From Psammoneis japonica (taxonomy: Eukaryota): a DNA stretch of 52,740 nt. Under the pieces are notes generated by a model that saw only the letters and a list, made by a program, of their open reading frames with translations, was not told where the DNA came from and did no database searches. Below, piece by piece: positions 23,858 to 33,614 of this stretch (the stretch's first letter is position 1; each line of letters starts with the position of its first letter). A program made the translations under genes and the position numbers. The DNA is taken from positions 292,721 to 345,460 of the forward strand of contig QPGO01000094.1 of the NCBI GenBank assembly GCA_008632985.1. Reading direction: 5' to 3'.

Positions 23858-25798
23858 CTCTCAAGTCAGCTTGCATTTCATCATCTGCTGTGCTGCAACT
23901 GGGTGGTTGCTGCCACATCGGCTTGCTGCTGAGCTCTCTCAAACTCGGCCTGAAAAGGACAAACCCATTGGCCCATGCTCCACGTCCGAATCTAATGTGT
24001 GGTGTTCCCCAGCCCTTGTGACAATTTGAGCTCAGCTTTTGCAGGACTGTGTGGTCTTTCACTTCCCAAGTTCTCTAGTCTGAAGTGATGCCAAGCTTCC
24101 ACCTCTTGTGAGTTGTTGCTGCTTTGCCAGAATCACACACGTGGCATGTCACACAATGTGATGCTGGATGCTGTGCCACTGGGACATGCAACACTGGATG
24201 CTGTGTTGCTGGCAGATGCTCTCGGGCTCTTGCTTGTTCAGGAACAGCGACGTTGCGGCCTCCACGATGCCGCAGCCAGCCATCATCCATCATCATCATG
24301 ATGCTGCACACAGCACTGTAGAGCTGGAGCACAGAGTTGCGCACAGACTCTCTCTGCCAGAGAGCCGGTGCTGATTTTCAGGAGGGGTTTGGGACCGTTA
24401 AATTGTCACTGGGGCAATTGTGTGCAGTGTGATGTTGAAGAGAACACCATTGTTGGACGCTCACTTTTTTTGACTTTTTTGGCATTTTTTTGTTTTGCAA
24501 CAACCAACACATCCACAATGATGGGACGAATTACCACCTCATCTTGCAACGACTTGCTTGACCAATGTGAGAGACGTGCTGTCTCAAACATGACATTGTT
24601 GCATCCCACTTCAGTGTGCACCGGCACATTTGCTGCCAACAATGCGGAAATGAATGACGTGAATCCACACAATGATCAAACCGAGACCACTTCTTGGCAA
24701 AAAGAAGCGCACTGCATGTCTTTTCGACAAGCTGCAAAGCATTTTGTCTCATCTTGCCAAGCACCAAAGAAGAATTTGATCAACAAACAGCCGCCGACAT
24801 GTGATGACATTTCAGTTTTGTCATCGTCATTGTCAAGGCTGACAAACCAAGAATGCCAGCATGATGATGAATTCTCCTTGTTGTCCTTGACACCCAGTGG
24901 CAGCTGCACAGACTCCATCATTTCCACCACAGACTTCTCATCCCAGCAAGGCTGTCATTCGTTTGCATCTGAAACCAAGTCGAGTCCACTGTCATTGGCA
25001 TCTGATTTGGCAGAAACGAAAATGAGGCTTGCCCTTGCTCAAGTGGAATGCAACGAATTGGAGTTTGCCTTGATGCAGAACAAGTCAATGTGAGACAGGG
25101 CCACACCTGAATGTTGTGACAAAGCGGGTTTTGCAATTCTGACATGGCCTCTCACGAGACTAGATTGTGAGTGTAGCTTCCTGAATGACACCGCCGACAA
25201 GGCCTTTCTCATTCATTGTGGATCGCTGGAAAGAAGAACAGCGACACTCTTGCCAGCTGCGCAGCTGCACTTCTTTCTTGCTCAGATGGTGTCTCCTTCT
25301 GAACAGAGCATTCATGCATCATGGAGGCCCGCCGCCATTCTTGCTGGATCAGCCAGCACATGGGCAATTCTCCTTGCAGCATTGATTCAAGGCCCGCAGT
25401 CCACTTGATGATGCTGGTGCAGAACCTGTCCAACATGCACCAGCTTTGCAATGCCCGCATCTTTGGTTGGCTTCACGTGCCGGCACAGAGTTCAACAAAG
25501 TCAGGCTTTCTTGAACTGTCAGTGATGCACCGACTGCCGTGTCCACAATGTTTGATCTTGCTTCAACCAGACACCTTCTTTAAACACAATCGACAAGAAC
25601 AAAGTTGAGCATCTACAGCGCTTCTTGATCTTGCCTCAACTGCGGTGGATGCCTTCTTTGATCACAACTGACAACAAAATGGCTGAGTCATGAGAAGGTG
25701 TGGTGGTCTGGCAAGGGTGAGTGGAAGACCGATTGGATGAATCAATGGCAGGTGGCAGATCAGTTTCAAAGCTTCAGCAAAGGCGCATGCAAAACGTT
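23858..25798 (+). repeat. Copy 2 of the 14317-16080 duplication
   Basis: Same shared blocks as copy 1, including the 24368-25093 ORF. Confidence 0.9.
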
Positions 25799-27442
25799 TG
25801 ACTCTGCGCTGCACATGCCACAATGAAGTGTTGAACATCAGTGTGTCTTTCCTGCAATGCCGGGAGCATTGCAGGCATCACTGCACTTCACTTCCAAAGA
25901 AGGTTTTTTTGGAACAGCATTTTCTGACTTGGTCTTCACAAGAACCCGACCTTGTGTCTTTTTTTGCTTTGAACGTGTTTTGGAACTTAGAAAGACGAAT
26001 TAGAACCAATGCTCTGTGAGCTTTGTTGCCATTGTTGTTGAGCAGTGCTGCTGTCACCTCAGCCGTGCAAAATGGGTTTTTGCTTTGTTGCCGCCAAAGC
26101 AATGTGCCAACCAGAACATCCTTCCACAACCCAAGCCCACAACAACGAAGGCCACCAAAACCACACTGACATCTCCAGCTCTCATTGAAACCTTTTCCGC
26201 ATGGCCCAAAAATGTGACAAAACAAAATCAGGTGCCATGACCACACAGCCTTTCTGCCGGCATGTCCTGGAGAGCATGTGAGCAGCATCGACACAGTGTG
26301 ACCCCACTCGAAGTCTGCCAGCCACTTCCTGAATTCGTCTGCAATCATTTGCTGGTGTCGCTTGTCTTGAGTCAAGGCCAAATCCATGTCGCTCTCCTCA
26401 GCTGCTGCTGCCTTCAGTTCAAACCTTTGAACTGGTTGCAGACACAAACTGGTGCATCACGAAAGCAAACAAACCTCCCGCTCCCTCTGTGAAATCCACC
26501 GACAAAACAATTGCAGGATTTCCTCAATGACAATGCCGCACTGTGTGCAACAGATGCTTTGGACGCACCATGCTGTTCAACATCTCTGGAGCCACAATTG
26601 GGGTGAGACACAGTTGACGACGCCAATGGCGAGGCAACATTGTTGATGAACCATCCCATCCTCTGTGCTTCCGTGCTGCACAGACACAAGTTCCTGGTCT
26701 CCTCCATGCCCTCATTGGTTCACTCTTCCACAAAGCTTGCTTGCTTCTCGAGACGGGTTCCAGTCCTGGGTGGGACTCCGTGCGACATTGGGCCCGTGGA
26801 ATTCTGCGTGCAAGCTCCACAGCAAATTTGTGCTGCAATGAAAACACAAATGATCGCCAATGGAAAAAGAGGCAATTTTACAAACGCATCTCCTTCTTCA
26901 TGCTTGGAGTGCATCATCAACAGTTTGCCCGGGTGTGTTCTCCAGACTTTAAAGAACACACCCAGCGCATTTTCATTCTCGCAAATGATGAAAACAGAAA
27001 GCCTTTGGCTTCGCAAAACAGGGAGCATGAAACAATTTCATAGAATGCAACACGCAGAAATGTGCGTGCGCGACATGCGACGTGATCCAAAAAACTGTTG
27101 ATGTCACAGTGCAGCAGCACGAGGTCCCACCCAGAGCTGGAGCGCGTCTCGAGTTGACTTGTTCAAGATGCTGTGTGTTCAGTTGCACGATGACTGCACA
27201 CTGCTGCATGGCTTGCCACTTGCTGCTTGTTGTTTGTTTTGTGTTTTTTGTCTTGCCATTGGCCATCGCCATTGCACATCGCAGCGGCAACACGGCAAAC
27301 AACACCCAAGACCGGCGGGGGAGATTCTCTCCCTGGCGCTCGGGAAAATGAATGTTGTCGTCACATGTCAGCAAAAGAATTTCATTCGTGCATGGCTGGG
27401 GGGAGCATTTCTCTCACCTTGCCCCACCCCGTCGCATCTCTT

Positions 27443-27662
27443 CACATTGTGGGGGGCATCTTTGGAAGTGAGATCGTCGAAGGCGGTCTGATCGCCAGCG
27501 CATTTGGGGGTTTTCCCAGTGCATTTTGTGCACGCCAGAGAACACATGGGATCTGTCCAGAGATCACAAATGCCCAATCGCACTGATTGACAGACTGTTC
27601 CAGTGCAAATTCCATGCAACTTTCTTCGACAGTCTCACTTCCGAAGACGTCCCCCAATTGTG
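27443..27662. mobile_element. ~220-bp MITE-like element with ~38-bp imperfect inverted termini
   Basis: cacattgtggggggcatctttggaagtgagatcgtcgaa (27443-27481) versus the reverse complement of 27625-27662, cacaattgggggacgtcttcggaagtgagactgtcgaa. Confidence 0.6.
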
Positions 27663-28111
27663 ACCATGCGGCATCCCATGGCCCATGGGACAAGTGCAAA
27701 TCAAAACACACACACACACAACACCAACAACACAACCTCGTGAAAACGGTTGCACACTGAATGACCTGCATTGCGGTCGTTGAGCTCCTCGTCAAAGCTC
27801 AATGCATTCTTCCTCTAATGTTGGGAAAAATCAACGCATCCAACGCTTCTACCGTAAATGTTCATTGATTGACATTTGTGTGTTCATTTTCTCAATCACG
27901 GCCCACAATTACACAGCGGTTTGCGCGAGAGAACGGTGAGCGTGTTTGTCTGTGTAAAAATTAATCGGGTGCGTCATAAATGTTAGGAATTAGGAATTTG
28001 TTAAACGGAAGATCTATGAAAAATGCACGGTATCACCGCACAAAAATATTTTCTTTCTCAGAACGGCCATCAAGATGAGGTGACGAACGCGAACTGCATT
28101 TCATGTAATCC

Positions 28112-28192
28112 ACCCAGACCCAGGAAAAAATGAGATATGTTGTTCTTCATGGTGTTATTGAGGTAATATGTCATTATTTCCTGGGTCTGGGT
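28112..28192. repeat. Inverted repeat with 27-bp arms (2 mismatches) and a ~27-nt loop
   Basis: acccagacccaggaaaaaatgagatat ... atatgtcattatttcctgggtctgggt. Confidence 0.85.
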
Positions 28193-28938
28193 TGTGCTGA
28201 TGTTTCATTATCGATATGGCTGACAATGGCGGACGGAATCTTGCTCGCCGGGTTTCTCCCAGTTCATCTGTGTAGAATTCTACGCAAAGAATGTACCAGC
28301 TGTCGGCATCAAATCTCTTGGCGGCATTAATGCTGGCGGTTGTAACTCCGTTGATCTTAGTTGTTCGCTCGGCGTCATGCTTGAAGTACCTTACATCCAT
28401 CAGTTCCCCAACATGTTGAACTACCGCATTGTGTAATATCATTACCTGAGTGGAGTCACGCAGACCAAAAATTTGGTTTTTCGAAACCGCTCGATCAACC
28501 ATGCGATTTGTCGTCGAGAAATCCACCGTCGGCCGAATAGATCAAGGATCCAGGCGATTCAATTGCAGGATCTCAGAGGTAGCTCTAGAGAGTAGAGAGA
28601 GAAGTAGTTGGCCCTCTAGAGTAGAGACTACTAGAGAGTAGAAGAGTAGATAGGTAGAGAGTCTACAACACCAAGACTCAGACAAGTACACAACAGCGCC
28701 GGCTCTCATACATCCAACAAGGAAAACTGTTGCAAAAGGCATCCATTTACCTTTCCATGAATTAACAGCAATCCAGTGGCCAACCTACGGTAGCAACAAA
28801 ATCTCAGTGTAGCTCGAATGTCCCGTAACACAGCGGCGGAGTTCAGGTAGTTTTCTTGTTATTATGATGCAATGGAAATGGAATCGGATACATCTTGCAG
28901 ACTGTACAGTCACGCATAAGCTTCGTCCACTCATACTA

Positions 28939-31900
28939 TCAAACCACACGGGAAATCAATGGTTGGCGTTCACCTCCCTGAAAGCTTCCATCCGCGTCTT
29001 CGTACCTTTCGTGACCCGACTGTTCACTATGAACAGGAGAGAATGCAGTGCCAAAACCCTGTTTCGACTGTTCCGCACGCATCTTCTTTTCCTGCTCATG
29101 CTCATACCTCAAGTATCGCCCGTTGAAAGTGGCAAAAAACACAGTCGCGGTAGCATGTAGCACAATGAGCAGGTAAAACGAAAACGTGTACTGAGGTCTC
29201 TCCACCGTCTCTCCATTTTCGATAGTTTCTGTTCCGACATCCCGCACAGCTTTGAAAAACGGAATAAACAGAGCACTCAGAAGATTCGAGAAGAGCTGCT
29301 GAATTACCAAGACCGTGTTTTCGCTCAGTGGATACGCTACATCGACACCCAGTTCTGTTGACACTGGTTGCAACGGGCCAACTAAGGCGGCCACAACGAC
29401 TAATGCCCAACGAAGCTGGGTACCCCTGTCGGCATCAAGACTGACGCCACACTCAGCCAGACCAAAAGCACCGAGAACCAGCATGCCTACCGTCACTGAG
29501 TAGTAAGCTCGGGTTTTGTCTGTTTGCTTCCCTACAATCAAGCTTGAAATCATGATGACAAATTGAAAAGAACCACCGACGATTCCGACGTACTCCCGGC
29601 CCGCTCCATTCAGACGTACGAGATAGTCCATAAATGTAGACAGCGTGTTGATGACAATACCGGACACCGTGAACGAAACGAGAGCGTGAATAAAACCTGG
29701 TCTGGAAAAACAGGCCCGGGCGGACAAGATGATCTGATCGTCTCGAATGTTGATATCAAGGTGGTGTGGCGTTAGAGTCAATACAGGCTCAGCACCATCG
29801 ACTATCGTTCCAGTGTTGAGCCACGACGAACGCGTCGCCTCGTTGTATTGCTGATGAGAGTACATCTGAGGATAGTAGTAAGAACTTCCAGGATAGTAGT
29901 ATTGATTTTGCTGCGGATATATGTTCCATCCAGGCTGCTGCCAATATGGATCACCGTAAGCACCCTGGTGAGAACCGGTGAAGTACATTCCTTGATCTCC
30001 AACTCGTTGCTGGGGTTCATTTGAAAAAGCTATGTTGTCGCGTTGTGGTGAGCTATTGTCGTCTTCATTTTGGGGTGGTCCAACTCTGCCGGGCAACATG
30101 GGTGACGGACTGTACGTATCAACAGGTTCTTCTCGATCGAAGGCTGCAACAGCGTCACGCGCAGCTTGATCAACCTCTCCAAGAAGAGTGGGTGAAGGTA
30201 CGGATGCCTCGGAAGGATTTCCCGCTCGAAATCCATGGTCCGAAGACGCTGGCATAGATCTTGATGAGGGCCCCGTCCTTCGACGCGTGTTTCCAGCGGA
30301 GGAGCCTGTGGTGACCCCAGCACCTGCACTAGGCTTTGAAGCTTCTGCACTGCCCACGGAAGGGCCGGCGCTTGGTTTTGCGGATGACTTACGATTGGAT
30401 GAAGGACGGCTCGATCGACGGCTAACCTTTGTTCCCTCGCCACTTCTGCGCTTTGATCCACTACTTCGCTTGGACGTGTTCGAGCTCCTCTTTTGATCCG
30501 GACCTGGGACATGATCATTAGATCCTGAACCGGTCTTTCGTTGGCTTACACCGTCTCGTGTTCGTGCGCTTCCGCGTTCCGCGGTCGATTGCCTGTCTTT
30601 TCTGCGAGACATTACTGTTGCCGCAAGTAGGTTATTGTCACCAAGCGACCTCACCGAACTCCAGATCATGTCACCAACACCCGAAAAAGGAAGTTCAAGT
30701 GTCCCTCTGATTATTCGGGCAGTTTCCGACGGAGGCGTTGGAGGGGCGTCCTCAAACTGAATCAAGCAGCCTGCAAAGGTGATGGTAGAAATGATACTCA
30801 ACAGCCCAAAGTACTTTGGAATATCGTCGCTGTCAGCAACTAGAAGCGTCCCGAAAATAAAGGCGCATCCAATTCCAAGTTGATTCGCGTTGAGAGCGAC
30901 ACCTGTTGCCATCGTGCGTTCCTTCTCGGGAAACCAGGAAGCAGACAAAAGTGCAGGCGTGCACTGATACAAAGGTTGAGACAGTCCTACAAGGAAGAAC
31001 CCGAAATAAATTCTCCATTCGTCTTTTCCTTTGACCAAGCTACTAGGAAGAATTGGTGGCAGGCCGCCACTTTTCACAATGCTGCCCATCATGAGTAATA
31101 ACGCTCCAAAAATGACAGTCCTCCTTAACCCAAGCCTGGACAAGATGATCGGTTCACACGCGGTTGAAATCGCGTTTGCTCCAAGAAAGACAACAACAAG
31201 CAATTCTGGGTTCACCCGTCCGAACGCCTGATTTGTAAGGATAGAAATTGGAGCAACTGAATAACACGTCCAATCCGACATTAAATTGAGAATGGACATA
31301 TACGCCAACATCATCCAACGCTGCCAATAGACCCGGAAGTTCGTTCCGTCCGGTGACGTGTTTTCACCTCCATTGTCATCCGCCGCCTTCACAGCCTCGC
31401 TCTTGGACGCGCGTTGGAGACTTCTTGGCTCACGGTCGTCACTCTCAGCAAAACTGCGCTTCTCATCTCCATTAGGGTCTTGATACGGATCACGTTGCCC
31501 TGTGCCACTTTCGATCGAGTTAGATATGTCACTTCTCCTTGCGGGCTTTCTCCTCCCAACTCCATAATTGTTTGCAAACCTAGCGCTGTCATCTGTTTCC
31601 TCATCTTCGCTATATACAAGTGGCAGAGTAGTGTTGCTGTCGGCTGTCGACCTGGAAATTTCGCCGCGAAGTATAGATCTCTTTCCCGGCTGTGCCGAGA
31701 AATAGTCTGGCGCGTATGGTCCATAGCGAGGAGGACCCATTATCATGGCGCCGTACTTGTTCATAGGTGGGTAGTACATTTGTGGCGTTGGTATATAGTG
31801 AGCTTGGTGACCACCCCCTGGCATCCATGGGGGCATGTGATCAGATGATAGGGGCTGCGGGTGAGCGACACTGTGGACATCAAATGATGGCGGGTAGCCG

Positions 31901-33024
31901 TGCATGATCATTGGAGGAGATGCGTGTGGGTGTGGGTGCATTGAGCCACCTGCAAACATTCGTCCGACGAGCTCATCGCTTCCATGTGCGAACTCGCCAT
32001 CTGGAAGTGGAACTGGAGACTTTCGTCCACTTGGAGTCGGGCCACTTTCGAGCGATCCTTGTTCGCCTGGAGGCCACCCTTTTGAAGCAGCTACATCGCG
32101 AAGCTCGGATCTCACACTTGGATCGCTTGTACTCGTACCAAGGCTTAAATCCGACGACGCGGCACTTCCTGATATCCCAATCGGGGTCTCTGGCGAAGGG
32201 TCGTGATGTCCCGATTTCTGTTCTATTCTCACGTCTTCGCCAGAGCTCGTACTGACCAGGGAGTTTACAGAATGCATCCTTGTGATGCGCTCAGGGTACA
32301 TTTGCCACTGGCCTCCTCCTGGTGGATGCCTATCGTGCAATGGTGGAGAAATCAACGGAGATTGCCTAGTATTCGATGCAACATCATTGGACTCATTCCA
32401 ATCTTCTTCGTCATCCGAAAATGACAGGCTCGCGTCACTCTCGCGATGCGCATTTGTCAATTCGACGTTATTTCCTGAACGAGCAGGTGCAGAGCTAGTG
32501 GATGCAGCACTCGAAAAAGAAAAGTTTCTTCCGCTCTTTGGACTTGGCAGATGCTTGGCAAAGTAAGAGCTTTCTCCGTCGGAGGTGTTCGAGCCCGAGC
32601 TGTCATCGTCTTTCTCATCGTGAGAGCTATCTTCTGTGTTTCCAGAGGTTGCCTTTTCCGGATAATGATTAGCATCTCCATCGTGTTCCGATGTGGTGTC
32701 CGAGGAGTGATCCGAATCTCCCTTGGCGACTTTCATCAATTCCCGTCCGCGATCCAGCGACACCACCCGTCCCCGATTGATTGGAACAAAGTTGTCGGCA
32801 AGAGTTTTCGTGTCACTCTTTTTCTTAGGGATCGGGACGCTTTTCCGCTCTGGAGATGATGCTTCTGTGTCTATAGTAGATTCTGTCTTGTCGGTCCCAC
32901 TTTCCTTCGGTGCCCTTTTCTTTTCGTCATGTTCCTTCTCAGCATTCGTTTCGTGGGACTGAGGAGGGTCCTGCGGCTGAGGCACAACCTCGGCGGCAGT
33001 CGTTGTGTCACCTTTATCTGGCAT
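28939..33024 (-). CDS. Major facilitator superfamily transporter, FLVCR/SLC49-like, with a long disordered N terminus and a large central loop
   Basis: Single 1361-aa ORF. FRVYWQRWMMLAYMSILNLMSDWTCYSVAPI, LSASWFPEKERTMATGVALNANQLGIG, PPTPPS, ELGVDVAYPLSE; two 6-TM halves. Confidence 0.88.
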   Translation of the reverse strand: MPDKGDTTTAAEVVPQPQDPPQSHETNAEKEHDEKKRAPKESGTDKTESTIDTEASSPERKSVPIPKKKSDTKTLADNFVPINRGRVVSLDRGRELMKVAKGDSDHSSDTTSEHDGDANHYPEKATSGNTEDSSHDEKDDDSSGSNTSDGESSYFAKHLPSPKSGRNFSFSSAASTSSAPARSGNNVELTNAHRESDASLSFSDDEEDWNESNDVASNTRQSPLISPPLHDRHPPGGGQWQMYPERITRMHSVNSLVSTSSGEDVRIEQKSGHHDPSPETPIGISGSAASSDLSLGTSTSDPSVRSELRDVAASKGWPPGEQGSLESGPTPSGRKSPVPLPDGEFAHGSDELVGRMFAGGSMHPHPHASPPMIMHGYPPSFDVHSVAHPQPLSSDHMPPWMPGGGHQAHYIPTPQMYYPPMNKYGAMIMGPPRYGPYAPDYFSAQPGKRSILRGEISRSTADSNTTLPLVYSEDEETDDSARFANNYGVGRRKPARRSDISNSIESGTGQRDPYQDPNGDEKRSFAESDDREPRSLQRASKSEAVKAADDNGGENTSPDGTNFRVYWQRWMMLAYMSILNLMSDWTCYSVAPISILTNQAFGRVNPELLVVVFLGANAISTACEPIILSRLGLRRTVIFGALLLMMGSIVKSGGLPPILPSSLVKGKDEWRIYFGFFLVGLSQPLYQCTPALLSASWFPEKERTMATGVALNANQLGIGCAFIFGTLLVADSDDIPKYFGLLSIISTITFAGCLIQFEDAPPTPPSETARIIRGTLELPFSGVGDMIWSSVRSLGDNNLLAATVMSRRKDRQSTAERGSARTRDGVSQRKTGSGSNDHVPGPDQKRSSNTSKRSSGSKRRSGEGTKVSRRSSRPSSNRKSSAKPSAGPSVGSAEASKPSAGAGVTTGSSAGNTRRRTGPSSRSMPASSDHGFRAGNPSEASVPSPTLLGEVDQAARDAVAAFDREEPVDTYSPSPMLPGRVGPPQNEDDNSSPQRDNIAFSNEPQQRVGDQGMYFTGSHQGAYGDPYWQQPGWNIYPQQNQYYYPGSSYYYPQMYSHQQYNEATRSSWLNTGTIVDGAEPVLTLTPHHLDINIRDDQIILSARACFSRPGFIHALVSFTVSGIVINTLSTFMDYLVRLNGAGREYVGIVGGSFQFVIMISSLIVGKQTDKTRAYYSVTVGMLVLGAFGLAECGVSLDADRGTQLRWALVVVAALVGPLQPVSTELGVDVAYPLSENTVLVIQQLFSNLLSALFIPFFKAVRDVGTETIENGETVERPQYTFSFYLLIVLHATATVFFATFNGRYLRYEHEQEKKMRAEQSKQGFGTAFSPVHSEQSGHERYEDADGSFQGGERQPLISRVV

Positions 33025-33614
33025 GCTGTGATTTTTTGTTGTGCTGGGCTATTTCAGAGGCACTCTGTATCGCTATGATATTCGTTCCGGGGTAGAAACT
33101 GAAGTGATGGGGGCTCCAACCTCCGTCTACAACACGACGACTGATCGGTTAGCGAGACCTGATGCCACCTTTGACTCCCCTGCGGATGTACAGCTAGTGG
33201 TATCAGTGACGACTCAGCAATCGAAACCAATCACACCTTCGAATGGCAATTTGCTACAGCAGGAAGCTTGCAATCCTTGACCTTGTTATGGAAATGGAAA
33301 GAGATTCAACGGCAATTCCCACATCCGTTCATTTATCGCCGTCTCTTTCGGTGAGAAGTTGGCGTGCCATCTCCACTTTCCCGCGCAAAATCCAGATCTT
33401 TGGATTATGTAATACTCATATTAAATCTTTAAATTGAAGATGCTCAACGGAAACTGTTATTAGACGACCTATGCGTTGGGCGAGTATAAATGTATTAATA
33501 TTCTATATAGATATGTTTGCATAATTGACAAGTTATCTCCATCATGAATATCATTATCCGTCACACATTGCCTCCACACGGTGGGCCCTACTTGTTCTTA
33601 CGGTCTGGGTCACC

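Larger units (their letters stand above)
11500..27950. other. TpA-depleted (and variably CpG-depleted) domain of nested degenerate repeats and gene fragments
   Basis: No TA dinucleotide in 14780-15924 or 27043-27815 by hand scan. Strong CA/TG excess. ORFs in all six frames rich in Cys/His/Gln/Met and nearly devoid of Tyr. Confidence 0.93.

Noticed and set aside
11500..27950. Numerous 60-300 aa ORFs as real genes (e.g. 21528-22451, 18051-18629, 12004-12597)
   Set aside because: They overlap in all frames, are Cys/His-rich and Tyr-poor, and have no recognisable domains. They are explained by loss of TAA/TAG stops.
11500..27950. Classical fungal RIP or simple CpG decay as the full explanation
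   Set aside because: RIP raises TpA and AT content, and CpG deamination does not consume TA. Here TA is the most depleted dinucleotide, even where CG persists.
11500..27950. Alternative genetic code, selenoprotein read-through or a contaminant contig
   Set aside because: The TGA codons fit CGA->TGA decay. The domain shares sequence with the unconverted flank (10.4 kb versus 16.1 kb), which argues it belongs to this genome.
28155..28526. 123-aa minus-strand ORF
   Set aside because: No recognisable motif and it overlaps the hairpin; cannot be supported as a gene.
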